IMG/VR virus record: IMGVR_UViG_3300030376_005787
Span: 1-45,462 of that record
From: a virus
Taxonomy: Duplodnaviria; Caudoviricetes
Length of the DNA stretch: 45,462 nucleotides
Direction: 5' to 3' (one strand)
The notes beneath the pieces were generated by a model that saw only the letters and a program-made list of their open reading frames with translations, had not been told where the DNA came from and searched no databases. The position numbers and the translations under genes were made by a program. Below, piece by piece: positions 17,841 to 28,159 of this stretch (positions within the stretch are counted from its first letter, which is position 1; each line of letters starts with the position of its first letter).

Positions 17841-18238
17841 TGCCTAGATTCGGAAGCAGGTCAAGAAAGAATCTTTCAACATGTCATGAAGATTTACAGG
17901 ATTTATTTAATGAAGTTATAAAACATGTTGATTGTTCTGTTATTGAGGGTCATAGAAGTAAGGAAAGGCAGAATAAACTATATGAAGAGGGAAAAACAAA
18001 AGTTAAATACCCAAAAGGTCGCCATAACGCTAGTCCTAGCAATGCTGCTGATGTTGTCCCCTATCCTATTGATTGGGATGATAGAGAGCGTTTCCACCTT
18101 TTTGCTGGCTTTGTCTTGGGCATTGCTCAGTCTATGGAAATAAATATTCGCTGGGGAGGCGATTGGAACAAGAATTTTGAGGTGGATGATAATAATTTTG
18201 ATGATTTTCCTCATTTTGAGTTATTAAAGGAATTTTAG
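17840..18238 (+). CDS. Endolysin, peptidase M15 (L-Ala-D-Glu peptidase-like)
   Basis: EGHRS.ERQ, RH......AD, IRWGGDW and DFPHFEL. Confidence 0.9.
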   Translation: MPRFGSRSRKNLSTCHEDLQDLFNEVIKHVDCSVIEGHRSKERQNKLYEEGKTKVKYPKGRHNASPSNAADVVPYPIDWDDRERFHLFAGFVLGIAQSMEINIRWGGDWNKNFEVDDNNFDDFPHFELLKEF

Positions 18239-18239
18239 C

Positions 18240-18764
18240 ATGAGTGACAATATGGACTACAATTTAATGGATATATTAACAGATTTAGAATCTAGAGGGA
18301 AACAAGCTAAATATCCATCACTTACAAGTTTTTTGGAGGATTTTTTACAAATAAATCCTGATAATATACTTAGCCCTACATATTCTGACCCTAATTATAC
18401 CGAAAATAGATTAAATAAAGTTTCTTTTCCAAGTTCATACAGTTATTCTGAAATGAATGCCCCTAATCCACATGGAAGTGTTCAATCTTTAATGGATGCT
18501 GGAGTTGGTAATACAATAAATGTTTTAGATTTAGTTCAACAAGGAAATTTATTGCAAGATTTATTAATTAAGCAATATCAAAATGCTGGTATATTTGGTT
18601 CTGAATTAAAAGGAATGCAAACAAAAGATGTAGATAATACATTAATTGGTTTAGATAAAATGACAAAAATGATAAATTCTACCCTCTCTGAAACAGAAGA
18701 AGATAGAATCAAAAATAAACAAGAGGAATATATAAAAGGGGCTGGTGAAATAGGGGACCTTTAA
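18240..18764 (+). CDS. Acidic hypothetical protein
   Basis: ORF track. Confidence 0.65.
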   Translation: MSDNMDYNLMDILTDLESRGKQAKYPSLTSFLEDFLQINPDNILSPTYSDPNYTENRLNKVSFPSSYSYSEMNAPNPHGSVQSLMDAGVGNTINVLDLVQQGNLLQDLLIKQYQNAGIFGSELKGMQTKDVDNTLIGLDKMTKMINSTLSETEEDRIKNKQEEYIKGAGEIGDL

Positions 18765-18776
18765 AGGAATTTTAGT

Positions 18777-19187
18777 ATGTCAATAGAAAAAACAACATAT
18801 CAAGGAACCGTTTTAGATAATTTAAACCCATCCACAACAGTTGCAAATGTAGATTCATTATTAAACTTATATCGAGGTTATGACAAACAAGATAAAGATG
18901 CTTTAAGGCATTATCTTGGAACTCAAGCTCTATCTAGTAAATTTGGACCATTTTTAACAAAATTAATGACTGATTTTAATGAATGGCCATCTCCTGATGA
19001 TGAACATTCAATTGTGGACTTAGCTAATAATGCGAAAGCACTTGAAGATATGAAATCTGGAAATATGTTTAATCCTTCTTGGATAGAGGGTTTAGAAGGT
19101 TTAAATCCACAGACCTCTCCACAATTAGACAGTTTATTGCAACATTTAGTACTTCCGCCCTCAACAGAAGAGTATCCTTCAAAATGA
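18777..19187 (+). CDS. DUF6973-like protein (toxin-associated domain)
   Basis: DALRH...ALSSKFG......NE......S.VDLANN pattern. Confidence 0.55.
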   Translation: MSIEKTTYQGTVLDNLNPSTTVANVDSLLNLYRGYDKQDKDALRHYLGTQALSSKFGPFLTKLMTDFNEWPSPDDEHSIVDLANNAKALEDMKSGNMFNPSWIEGLEGLNPQTSPQLDSLLQHLVLPPSTEEYPSK

Positions 19188-20377
19188 GTAGAGGATATAG
19201 ATTATCACAAGGTCCAAGCAGTACTTGGGAAGAGTCTGTAAAAGAAAAAGGTAGTGTATATGGCGCTTTATCTAATCCTTTGCATGTTGGGTTAGATATG
19301 CTTGGGTTTTTACCCCCCGCTGATTTCCTTCATTCCGCTCTTTATGCTGCAGAAGGTAACCCTAAAATGGCTGGATTACATGCCGCTTTTGGGATTCCTT
19401 TTATAGGTGATATAGGTCAATATGGAAAAAAAATTCATGATTTAGCAACACTGCCTGTTAAAAGATTAATAACGAATACAATAAATCCATCAGGAATTGA
19501 CTATTCAAGTTTTGCACTTAAAGATTTTTTAAAATCTCTTAAAGGTAAAACAAAATATGGCTATACGAGCAGGGGAGATAACACTTTAGGTCATTCATTG
19601 ATTAAAGGGTTAAAAACAACTGTTTTGGATGATACACCTTTATGGATAAAGGAAATTAGTGAAGGTAATCCATTGTATGCACCATATCTTAAAGGTAAAG
19701 GGTCTCCATTAAAAAAAATAAAACTATTGACTCATAAAAATGCAGCTGACTGGTTTTTACAAAGAGAATTGTGGGGTTTATCACCTAAAAATTTTAAAGG
19801 CTCAATTAAATATGCTGATGGTAAAGGAGTGGAAAATATACATAAATTTAATATTAAAAAAGGTGACGTTTTTAAAACAAATGTAAAGCCACAAAATATT
19901 ACTGACCTTTCTTTTGCAAAAAAAGGTAAATTTTGGAAATTTAACACAAATAATAAATATGCTAAAAAACTTGATAATGTATGGAAAGATATTTCAAAAC
20001 GAGGTAAAGGTGCAAATTTAAAATATAATGAACCTATTGTTGGAGATTTTGGGCATGATTTTAAAAATGTTGAAAGATACCGTATAGGTCCAGATGGTAA
20101 AATGATTCCAATGTACGATAGACTATGGGATACTTGGAATATGACTGTAAATCCTCCTACTTTAAAAGAAGGATTACAAGGTATAACACATTCTGATAAA
20201 ATACATGCAAACACGACAACAATGGCTAGACATTATTTAGGTAAACTTTTAAAGCTTGCTAACAATGAAGTTAAATTGACTACAGATATTGGTAAAGACA
20301 TCAGAAATATTAAATTTAATCGTCATGCTGACAGAATAAACAAAGAAGCTTTAGAAGCTTTAAATAAAATTAAATAA
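19184..20377 (+). CDS. Pre-toxin TG-like domain followed by a basic C-terminal domain of unknown function
   Basis: ATGA-coupled start at 19184; LHVGLDMLGFLPPADFLHSALYAAEG....A......IPFIGD. Confidence 0.6.
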   Translation: MSRGYRLSQGPSSTWEESVKEKGSVYGALSNPLHVGLDMLGFLPPADFLHSALYAAEGNPKMAGLHAAFGIPFIGDIGQYGKKIHDLATLPVKRLITNTINPSGIDYSSFALKDFLKSLKGKTKYGYTSRGDNTLGHSLIKGLKTTVLDDTPLWIKEISEGNPLYAPYLKGKGSPLKKIKLLTHKNAADWFLQRELWGLSPKNFKGSIKYADGKGVENIHKFNIKKGDVFKTNVKPQNITDLSFAKKGKFWKFNTNNKYAKKLDNVWKDISKRGKGANLKYNEPIVGDFGHDFKNVERYRIGPDGKMIPMYDRLWDTWNMTVNPPTLKEGLQGITHSDKIHANTTTMARHYLGKLLKLANNEVKLTTDIGKDIRNIKFNRHADRINKEALEALNKIK

Positions 20378-20385
20378 TTTAATTA

Positions 20386-21942
20386 ATGGCAAATTTAAAT
20401 CTTAATGGCAATGTAAGTAAAAATGAAGAAACTCTTCAAATGGCTTACAATGATTTAATTACATTTGGTAAATTATTTAGCCCTCAAGATTTTCTAGCTT
20501 CAGCAACTCCTGATTTTCATAGAGACGTAGGTAAAATGCTTATTGATGATAAAAAGCAGCAATTAGCCCTTGTTTTACCTCGTGACCATGCAAAGTCCAC
20601 ATTAGCAGCTACTGCAGTATTATATAAATTTCTATTTGCCACTAAAGATGACCCACAATTTATTGCATGGATTGGTGAAGCGCAAGACCAAGCTACAGAT
20701 AATATAGGTTGGATACAAAATCATATTTATAGTAATCCTGCTATACATTATTATTTTGGAGATTTAGAAGGAGATAAATGGACCAAATCAGAGTTTACTT
20801 TAAAAAATGGCTGCAGAATGATTGGTAAAGGTACTTCCCAAAGATTAAGGGGTAAAAAACAAAATTCAACAAGATATACTGGAATTATACTAGATGACTT
20901 TGAATCAGAGCTAAATACAAAAACTCCTGATTCTAGAAGACAAATTAAAGAATGGGTTACCGCTGCTGTATATCCAGCGATTGATTTTGATAAAAAAGGA
21001 TTTTTATGGTGTAATGGTACGATTGTTCATTATGATAGTTTTTTAAATGGATTAGTAACTAAACATTCTGAATGTATAAAAACTGGAGAACAGTTTGCTT
21101 GGGATGTGTATACTAAAAAAGCTTTAGAAGATGGACAACCTATATGGCCTTCTAGATGGCCAATAAAGAAATTAGAAGAACGTAAGCAGTTTTACATAGA
21201 TTCAGGTACACCAGCTAAGTTTTATCAAGAATATATGAATCAGGCTAAGTCACCTGAAGACCAAATTTTCAGTGAAGAGGATATTAATAATGCGCAATAT
21301 AAAGGTTATGCTAGATTTGATGAAGAATACAGTTCATGGTATATTAAGCTGGATGACGGGAGAAAAGAATATGTCAATATCTATATTGGTGTTGACCCTG
21401 CTTCAACGCTTGGCGTTAGGAACGATTATAGCGTTATTATGGTTATTGGCGTTACTGACAGTTATGATTACTATGTTATTGAATATTGGAGGGAACGAGT
21501 TCTTCCGATGGACTGCGCAGACAAGATATTTGAAATCGCTAAACGATACGAACCAATAAGAAGAATTAATATAGAAACAATTGCTTACCAAGAAATGTTA
21601 AGAGATTATGTTATGAAAAGAAGTAAAAGAGAAGGAATGTTTCTACCAGGTATTGAAAAAGGAATTAAAAATTATAATCAAAAGAAAAAGGATAGGCTAT
21701 TTGAAGGCCTTCAACCAATGTTTAAAGCGGGTGCTGTGCATATAAAAAAAGAGATGCATGAATTTATAGGTGAGTTACTTGATTTCCCAAAAGGAAGTCA
21801 TGATGATACTATAGATGCATTTTGGCTTGCAACACAATATGCAAAAGGACAGTCAAAACTAAAGAAAAAAACGAAAAATAAAGCTGGGGTATGGTCAAGG
21901 CCTAAAAAAGCATATAATTGGTTGACTGGAGCAAGAAAATAG
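20386..21942 (+). CDS. terL: Terminase large subunit
   Basis: Walker A PRDHAKST, Walker B IILDDFE, coupling motif GT, FYQEYMN, nuclease motifs IGVDPA and HDDTIDA. Confidence 0.95.
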   Translation: MANLNLNGNVSKNEETLQMAYNDLITFGKLFSPQDFLASATPDFHRDVGKMLIDDKKQQLALVLPRDHAKSTLAATAVLYKFLFATKDDPQFIAWIGEAQDQATDNIGWIQNHIYSNPAIHYYFGDLEGDKWTKSEFTLKNGCRMIGKGTSQRLRGKKQNSTRYTGIILDDFESELNTKTPDSRRQIKEWVTAAVYPAIDFDKKGFLWCNGTIVHYDSFLNGLVTKHSECIKTGEQFAWDVYTKKALEDGQPIWPSRWPIKKLEERKQFYIDSGTPAKFYQEYMNQAKSPEDQIFSEEDINNAQYKGYARFDEEYSSWYIKLDDGRKEYVNIYIGVDPASTLGVRNDYSVIMVIGVTDSYDYYVIEYWRERVLPMDCADKIFEIAKRYEPIRRINIETIAYQEMLRDYVMKRSKREGMFLPGIEKGIKNYNQKKKDRLFEGLQPMFKAGAVHIKKEMHEFIGELLDFPKGSHDDTIDAFWLATQYAKGQSKLKKKTKNKAGVWSRPKKAYNWLTGARK

Positions 21943-21958
21943 TATTATATTATAAACT

Positions 21959-23959
21959 ATGATAGAAAAAGATTTAAGGGTAAAAGAAATACAAGAATTG
22001 TTTGACAAGTGGAAAGATGCCAGACAAGACTGGGATGTGGCCGCTAGAGAAGATATTGACTTTTATTTAGGTAATCATTTTAGTCAAAACGAATTAGACG
22101 AATTAGATTCAAGAAACCAATCATCAATGCCTATGGATAGGTTGTATGCTGCTATTGAGCAGTTTAAAGCTATTGTTACATCTAAGAAACCTAGATTTAG
22201 TGCTATAGGCAGGGAAGATTCTGACAATAGATTAGCTAATGTATGGAAGACTATCTTAGAATATGTTTGGGATAAGTCTGATGGTGATGAAGTATTTAAA
22301 CAAGTAGTACATGATTATGCTGTTACAGGACTAGGCTACTTTTATGCATACTTAGATAAAGATGCAGATTTTGGTCGTGGTGAAGTTAAATTCACATATG
22401 TAGACCCATTCAGAGTATATGTTGACCCAAATTCAAGACATAAATATTTTGATGATGCTTCTGGCGTTATTGTATCTACAATATTAACAAAACAACAATT
22501 AATTGATTTATATCCGCAAATGGGCCAACCAGTAGAAGAAGGTTCAGAAAAAATATTAATAGATGAAATAGAACCATTTAACAAAGAGGAGGATTATCCT
22601 AATGCAAGTAATAGAACAACTATGCAAAGCTTTACGCCAGATAATACAAAGGATAAAGACTTTGGTATCGAAAAGTTTAGACTTCTTGAACATTACAAAA
22701 AAGTAAGAGTTCCATATTACAGAGTTGTGGATGCTAGAAGTGGTGATGAAAGAATTATGACTCAAGAGCAATTCATGAAAATGTCACAAGATAAAGATTT
22801 TGCTAATGCAATAAATAAAGGTCTTATTGATTTTGTAGAAGTTACTCAACCAAGAATAAAATTAACATGTACAGTTGGTCAAATAGTATTATACGAAATG
22901 ATATGTGATACAGATATTTATCCAATTGTTCCTGTACCTAATATTTGGACTAATACTCCATACCCAATGAGTGATGTTAGGAAAAATAAAGCATTTCAAA
23001 GGTTCCTCAACAAGACAGTATCCCTCATTACATCACACGCACAAGCTTCTGCAGGTTTGAAGCTCTTAGTTCCTCAAGGTAGTGTTAGTGATATAGAAGA
23101 GTTAGAACGAGATTGGGCTAACCCTAATGCTACTATCGAATATGACCCGTCTTTTGGGGAGCCACATTTTCCTTCACCACAACCATTAGCTGGTAGTATA
23201 TTATCATTACCTAAAATGATTGAAGGATATATTGATTTAAATATAGGTATATTTGAAATGATGCAAGGAAATTCAGATGCAGCTCCTAGAACTTATTCAG
23301 CTACTATGATGATGGAAAATGTCGGACAAAGACGTTCTCAATCTAAACTAAGAGATATTGAAGGTTCAATGAAAAGATTAGGACAGGTTATTTATAGTAT
23401 GAGTAGACAGCATTACAGATTTAAAAAGACTTTTAGAATTGTTCAAGCTAACAATGATATTAATGAATTTACAGTTAATAGAAGAATTTATGATGATAAA
23501 ACGCAAGAATTACAAACAATTGAAAACGATATAACTATAGGACAGTTTGATATACGTATATTAGGAGGTTCTACATTGCCTTCAAATAAATATGGGGAGT
23601 TCCAATTATATATGGAAGCTTATCAAGCTGGTTTAATTGATAGGACAGAAGCATTGAAGAAAACAGAAATTTTTGATAAACAAGGTGTATTGCAAAGAAC
23701 AGACGATATTAATAAATTACAAGGTATGTTACAGCAGGCACAAGAGCAAATTAAAAAACTTGGTGGAGATTTACAAACTGCTGAAAGAGAAGCAGTCTCT
23801 TCAAGAAAAAGAACAGAAGTAGAAAAATTCAAAGGTCAACTTGCTGAACAGAAATATGAGTCTAAAGCACAAACAAAGTTGGCTACAAGTAGGTTAAAAG
23901 ATGCAGTTAAACTTGAATCTGAGAGATTAGTAAAAGAAGAACCTAGTCAAACTCAATAA
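21959..23959 (+). CDS. Portal protein (P22-like)
   Basis: Follows terL; 666 aa; DFYLGNHF motif; C-terminal coiled-coil barrel. Confidence 0.88.
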   Translation: MIEKDLRVKEIQELFDKWKDARQDWDVAAREDIDFYLGNHFSQNELDELDSRNQSSMPMDRLYAAIEQFKAIVTSKKPRFSAIGREDSDNRLANVWKTILEYVWDKSDGDEVFKQVVHDYAVTGLGYFYAYLDKDADFGRGEVKFTYVDPFRVYVDPNSRHKYFDDASGVIVSTILTKQQLIDLYPQMGQPVEEGSEKILIDEIEPFNKEEDYPNASNRTTMQSFTPDNTKDKDFGIEKFRLLEHYKKVRVPYYRVVDARSGDERIMTQEQFMKMSQDKDFANAINKGLIDFVEVTQPRIKLTCTVGQIVLYEMICDTDIYPIVPVPNIWTNTPYPMSDVRKNKAFQRFLNKTVSLITSHAQASAGLKLLVPQGSVSDIEELERDWANPNATIEYDPSFGEPHFPSPQPLAGSILSLPKMIEGYIDLNIGIFEMMQGNSDAAPRTYSATMMMENVGQRRSQSKLRDIEGSMKRLGQVIYSMSRQHYRFKKTFRIVQANNDINEFTVNRRIYDDKTQELQTIENDITIGQFDIRILGGSTLPSNKYGEFQLYMEAYQAGLIDRTEALKKTEIFDKQGVLQRTDDINKLQGMLQQAQEQIKKLGGDLQTAEREAVSSRKRTEVEKFKGQLAEQKYESKAQTKLATSRLKDAVKLESERLVKEEPSQTQ

Positions 23960-23992
23960 GGATAAAAGAAATTGCAGAAAGGAAAGCAGTAA

Positions 23993-24718
23993 ATGGATAA
24001 CGCATATGAAGACGGAAATCTTGAAGGTCAACCCGTTGATAATGTAGGGCAAGACAGCAATGGTGAAACGCAAGAGAGTTCTGATAACTGGGAAGGTCAA
24101 GCAAAATACTTCCAAAGTGAAAAGGACAAACTCGCAGCGGAAAACTCTAAACTAAGGCAATACGAAAAAATAGGTCAACTATTGGAATCTAGACCAGACA
24201 TCACAAATGCAGTAGCAGGAATGATTCAAGGTCAAGGTCAACCACAAGCACCTGAAAGAGTTGTTTTAGAAAAAGATGAATTTGACCCATGGGAAGCCTA
24301 TAATGACCCGCAGTCTAAATCGTACATATTTAGACAACAAGAGTTACAAGACTCCATAAATGGAGCAGTCAACCAACAAATGCAAGGATTACAAAGAAAT
24401 CAAGGTGAAATGCAATTAAAGACCGAACTACAACAAAGAGGGTTAGCCCCAGAAGAAGTAGACTCTTTTATGAATTTCGCATCTAATAATCCTGCTGAGT
24501 ATGGTGTTGATGGCGCTATTAAAATGTGGAGAGCGGTAGCTGAGTCTGATGCCAGTGGACAGCAAATAGAAAAACCATTAGATGGAATACGTCAAACACA
24601 AGGAACTCCAGCGCAAGGTGGAATATTGCAAGGACAAGCTCCTGCAAGTCCTAAGTCTGACAAAGATTCTATGTGGGATGCTATTACAAAAGCTGGTAGT
24701 CGTACGAATGTATTGTAA
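23993..24718 (+). CDS. Putative capsid scaffolding protein
   Basis: Acidic, Gln-rich coiled coil located between portal and MCP. Confidence 0.7.
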   Translation: MDNAYEDGNLEGQPVDNVGQDSNGETQESSDNWEGQAKYFQSEKDKLAAENSKLRQYEKIGQLLESRPDITNAVAGMIQGQGQPQAPERVVLEKDEFDPWEAYNDPQSKSYIFRQQELQDSINGAVNQQMQGLQRNQGEMQLKTELQQRGLAPEEVDSFMNFASNNPAEYGVDGAIKMWRAVAESDASGQQIEKPLDGIRQTQGTPAQGGILQGQAPASPKSDKDSMWDAITKAGSRTNVL

Positions 24719-24745
24719 ACGTAAAATGTATAACAAGGAGAAAAA

Positions 24746-26095
24746 ATGGCTACTTATAATAGTGGACAAGTAAAATTTGGTACTCCTGGTGCGGTAATTG
24801 ATAGTACAATACCATCAAGAAGACTGTATGACTTTAGTGATAGAGTTGCAGAGTTAAGCCCAGAAGAGTCTCCATTTTTTGTATATTTGTCAAAAGTAGG
24901 AAAAGTTCCAACATCGGATAGTCAATTCCGATTCTTGGAAGATAGAACGAAAATATCAATCACAGACAGAAGTTTCCTTCTTAAAGGAGGAGTAACTATG
25001 GTCGCTGAAGGTAGTGACGATACTTTAATATTTGACACTGCTGGCGGTGATGGTGTTGATTGGTTAATACCTGGAATGGTTGTTGCAATTGGTGATATTG
25101 ATGGTAACAGTGTTCCAACAACAGCAAATGTTAGAATAAACAGTGTAGATAATTCCTCAAGCGCAACACAAACTTCAGTTACTTGTACTGTAATATCACA
25201 TACTGGTACTACAAGTACTCTTGCTGTTGCTGATGATTCAAAATGTACTGTAATTGGTACATCATTTGAACAAGGTTCAGGTGCGCCAGATGTATGGTCT
25301 CAACAACTAGATAATGATTATGGTTATACCCAAATCTTTAAAACAGCTTGTGAAATGTCTAATACAGCTAGAGCAACAGTATATCGTGGTTATGAAGATG
25401 AATGGGCAAGGTTATGGAATCTTAAATTAAGAGAACATAAAGTTGACATTGAAAGAGCAATGCTTTTTGGACAAAGAGGCAGTGCTGGCGGTATTCAGTA
25501 CACAGATGGTATAGTAGGAAGTACTATAGCTGAAGGTTACGCAAATATAGTAAATGATGGTTCTACATTAGCATATAATGAAGGTAAACCATATTACAAA
25601 TCTAATACTGCAGCTGAATGGACATATGATGACATGCTTTCTGATTTTGAAGTAATTTTTGACCCTGCAAGGGGTGGAAGCTCTTCTAAATTAGCATTAG
25701 CTTCATTACCTGTAATATCACACTTTAATAAAGTTGGTGATGGTGGTTTTATTGATGGTTCATTACTTAATTCAAGTGGAGCAGCATATAATCATAACGC
25801 AAGTAAAGGTGCGTTTGGACATATGGTAACTAAAGTTGACACAATTCATGGTGATATAACTCTTGTAAAAGAACCTTTATTTAGAGGTTTCTCAGCAGGA
25901 TTTATGCAACTAGTTGACTTAGACCATGTATCATACAGACCTCTTGTTGGTAACGGTGTAAACCGAGATACTTCAATCACAACTAATGTGCAACAAGCAG
26001 ATGAAGATTTACGTAAAGACATGATTCTTACAGAAGCAGGTCTTGAAGTTTCTCTTCCTGAAACTCATGCACTTATTAATTTGGAGGGTGTGTAA
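24746..26095 (+). CDS. Major capsid protein (SU10/DUF5309-like)
   Basis: LSPEESPF, YTQIFK, EHKVDIERAMLFG and TEAGLEV; strong SD. Confidence 0.88.
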   Translation: MATYNSGQVKFGTPGAVIDSTIPSRRLYDFSDRVAELSPEESPFFVYLSKVGKVPTSDSQFRFLEDRTKISITDRSFLLKGGVTMVAEGSDDTLIFDTAGGDGVDWLIPGMVVAIGDIDGNSVPTTANVRINSVDNSSSATQTSVTCTVISHTGTTSTLAVADDSKCTVIGTSFEQGSGAPDVWSQQLDNDYGYTQIFKTACEMSNTARATVYRGYEDEWARLWNLKLREHKVDIERAMLFGQRGSAGGIQYTDGIVGSTIAEGYANIVNDGSTLAYNEGKPYYKSNTAAEWTYDDMLSDFEVIFDPARGGSSSKLALASLPVISHFNKVGDGGFIDGSLLNSSGAAYNHNASKGAFGHMVTKVDTIHGDITLVKEPLFRGFSAGFMQLVDLDHVSYRPLVGNGVNRDTSITTNVQQADEDLRKDMILTEAGLEVSLPETHALINLEGV

Positions 26096-26096
26096 A

Positions 26097-26552
26097 ATGA
26101 GAAGTGACGTACTAAATCAAAATAGCGGAAGCTATGGTATGATGCCTAATGTTTATAAAGTATCAGCAAAAACAGCTGACTTTACAGCAGCAGCTGGTTA
26201 TGTATATGTTGTTACCAAATTAGATGGTTGCGATGTTACTTTACCAGCTCCAAATGTTGGAGATAAAATCAAAATAGTATTTGATGGCGCTACAAGTAAT
26301 AGCCATACAGTAACTAGTGATGCATCAACAACATTAATTGCAGGATGGGCAGCTATGTCTGACACAGCCGACCAAACTGCAGCAGCTATGGAAAATTTTG
26401 TAGCTGATGAAGTTGATGATAGAATAATTACTTTAAATAGAACTACTACAGGTCTATCAGGTATTATTGAATTAACTGGTGCTGGTGCAAACAAATGGTA
26501 CGCAGAGTGTATTATCCATTCAAATGGTGATGCAGCTACTCCGTTTAGCTAA
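26097..26552 (+). CDS. Putative capsid decoration/minor structural protein
   Basis: Follows MCP; VTLPAP..G motif; start moved to MRSDV. Confidence 0.6.
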   Translation: MRSDVLNQNSGSYGMMPNVYKVSAKTADFTAAAGYVYVVTKLDGCDVTLPAPNVGDKIKIVFDGATSNSHTVTSDASTTLIAGWAAMSDTADQTAAAMENFVADEVDDRIITLNRTTTGLSGIIELTGAGANKWYAECIIHSNGDAATPFS

Positions 26553-26579
26553 ACCAAACAAATAAGGTTTAATAGTTTT

Positions 26580-26625
26580 GTAGAACTATGGGGTAAATCG
26601 TATAAAGGGTTTACCCCAAATCTAC
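26580..26625 (+). terminator. Long hairpin after the capsid genes (terminator or processing site)
   Basis: GTAGA...GGGGTAAA-loop-TTTACCCC...TCTAC. A second hairpin at 26651-26680 sits next to the downstream SD. Confidence 0.55.
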
Positions 26626-26691
26626 TAAGAATTTTTATAATAATAAACAAGCCCATTCACGCACAGCCAGTGCTTAGGGCAGGAGGTAAAC

Positions 26692-27189
26692 ATGGCAGAA
26701 ACAAAAATACATGACTATACGGTCCAAGAGCGTTTAGGCAAAATGGATGTCGATTTAATCGATGTAACTATTGCAACAGATGCTGATGCAGCAGGGGAGT
26801 TATTGGTAACTACTACAGAAATCCCTAATGCAGTTTCAGTTAATGGTGGAACAGCAATCCTTCAGTCAGCAATGCTTATGAGTAATAAAGTGCTAACAGA
26901 TGCTGTAGATATATTTATTACAAGTGATAGCACATCAATGGGCAGTATTGGCGATACAATATCGGGGCTTTCTTTAGCATCAAGTGTTATGGATGGAACT
27001 TGTGGCTTTTTTAGTATAACAAATTTATTTGATGCTGGAGCAGTTGCAATAGGAGATAAAAAAAATATAGGAATGGTTTGTAAAGCTGCTGCTGGAAGCA
27101 CAAGTTTATACCTGTGGGCGATAGCTCAAGGCTCTACTGATTGGGATGTAGATACAGGTGTTATTAGACTTGGCTTTGTTAAAGACTAA
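26692..27189 (+). CDS. Putative virion structural protein
   Basis: Beta-rich; AGGAGG SD; lies in the structural module. Confidence 0.6.
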   Translation: MAETKIHDYTVQERLGKMDVDLIDVTIATDADAAGELLVTTTEIPNAVSVNGGTAILQSAMLMSNKVLTDAVDIFITSDSTSMGSIGDTISGLSLASSVMDGTCGFFSITNLFDAGAVAIGDKKNIGMVCKAAAGSTSLYLWAIAQGSTDWDVDTGVIRLGFVKD

Positions 27190-27926
27190 TGTTTACATCT
27201 AGACGAATAGCTACTATGGGTGGCGATAAATTCAGAGATGAGTTCTCTTTAGCCTTTGATGGTACTAATGATTATGTAGAAACAAGTTTAAATGGTAATA
27301 CATTTGATGGTGATTTTACTATTTCAGCATGGGTTAAAAATGAATCAGAAGATATATACCACAGTATATTCTCTCATTATGAAGATTCAAATAATTATAT
27401 GCAATTATATATTCCTAAAAGTTCAGTAACTTCAGCAAATAAAGCAGGATTTAGTGCAAAAATAGGTGGAACTAATTACTATGTAACAGGGGCTACTCAA
27501 ATTTTCGCAACAACTGATTGGGTTCATGTGGTGTTTACACAAGATGATGGTGCTAATGCTCAAGTGTTATATGTAGATGGTGTTGCTGACCAAGATGAAA
27601 CAAGAGATATGGCTATGGATTATGCTGGAACTACTTATATAGGTAGATTATCTTCAGGTAGTTCACATATTCATCAAGGAAATATTTCAGAAATAGCAAT
27701 ATATGATACTGCTCTATCAGCCTCACAAGTCAAAACACTTTACAATGATAGAGAACCTTACAACCATAAAGAAGGAATTGCTTCGAGTAACTTAAAGGCT
27801 TGGTATAGAATGGGTGATGGTTTGGAAAATCATTCAGGCACTACTATATACGATATGTCTGTAAACAGCAATAATGGAACAATGACTAATATGGCAGCTG
27901 ATGATTTTACAGGAGATACACCATAA
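27189..27926 (+). CDS. LamG/concanavalin A-like lectin domain virion protein
   Basis: FDGTNDYV, FTISAWVK, WVHVVFT, LYVDG and G.ISEIAIYD.ALS. Confidence 0.85.
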   Translation: MFTSRRIATMGGDKFRDEFSLAFDGTNDYVETSLNGNTFDGDFTISAWVKNESEDIYHSIFSHYEDSNNYMQLYIPKSSVTSANKAGFSAKIGGTNYYVTGATQIFATTDWVHVVFTQDDGANAQVLYVDGVADQDETRDMAMDYAGTTYIGRLSSGSSHIHQGNISEIAIYDTALSASQVKTLYNDREPYNHKEGIASSNLKAWYRMGDGLENHSGTTIYDMSVNSNNGTMTNMAADDFTGDTP

Positions 27927-28159
27927 TGTATGAAAATAGAAAATGGGTAATAGTTAATGTATCTGATATTACAGAAGAAATGATAGTAAATGCTCTACAA
28001 TCATCTATGAATACATTAAGAAAAACAAATGATGGTAGCAAAGCCATATTAAAGTGGGATGAACCTGATACTCCATCTTGTTTTGAAGGCATGACTGTGT
28101 ATAATCATGCTGATATATTAACTGAATTAGGAAAAACAGAATGGCAAGGAGAATTATAA
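27926..28159 (+). CDS. Small protein coupled to the LamG gene (possible chaperone)
   Basis: TLRK..DG.KAILKW motif; TAATG coupling. Confidence 0.65.
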   Translation: MYENRKWVIVNVSDITEEMIVNALQSSMNTLRKTNDGSKAILKWDEPDTPSCFEGMTVYNHADILTELGKTEWQGEL

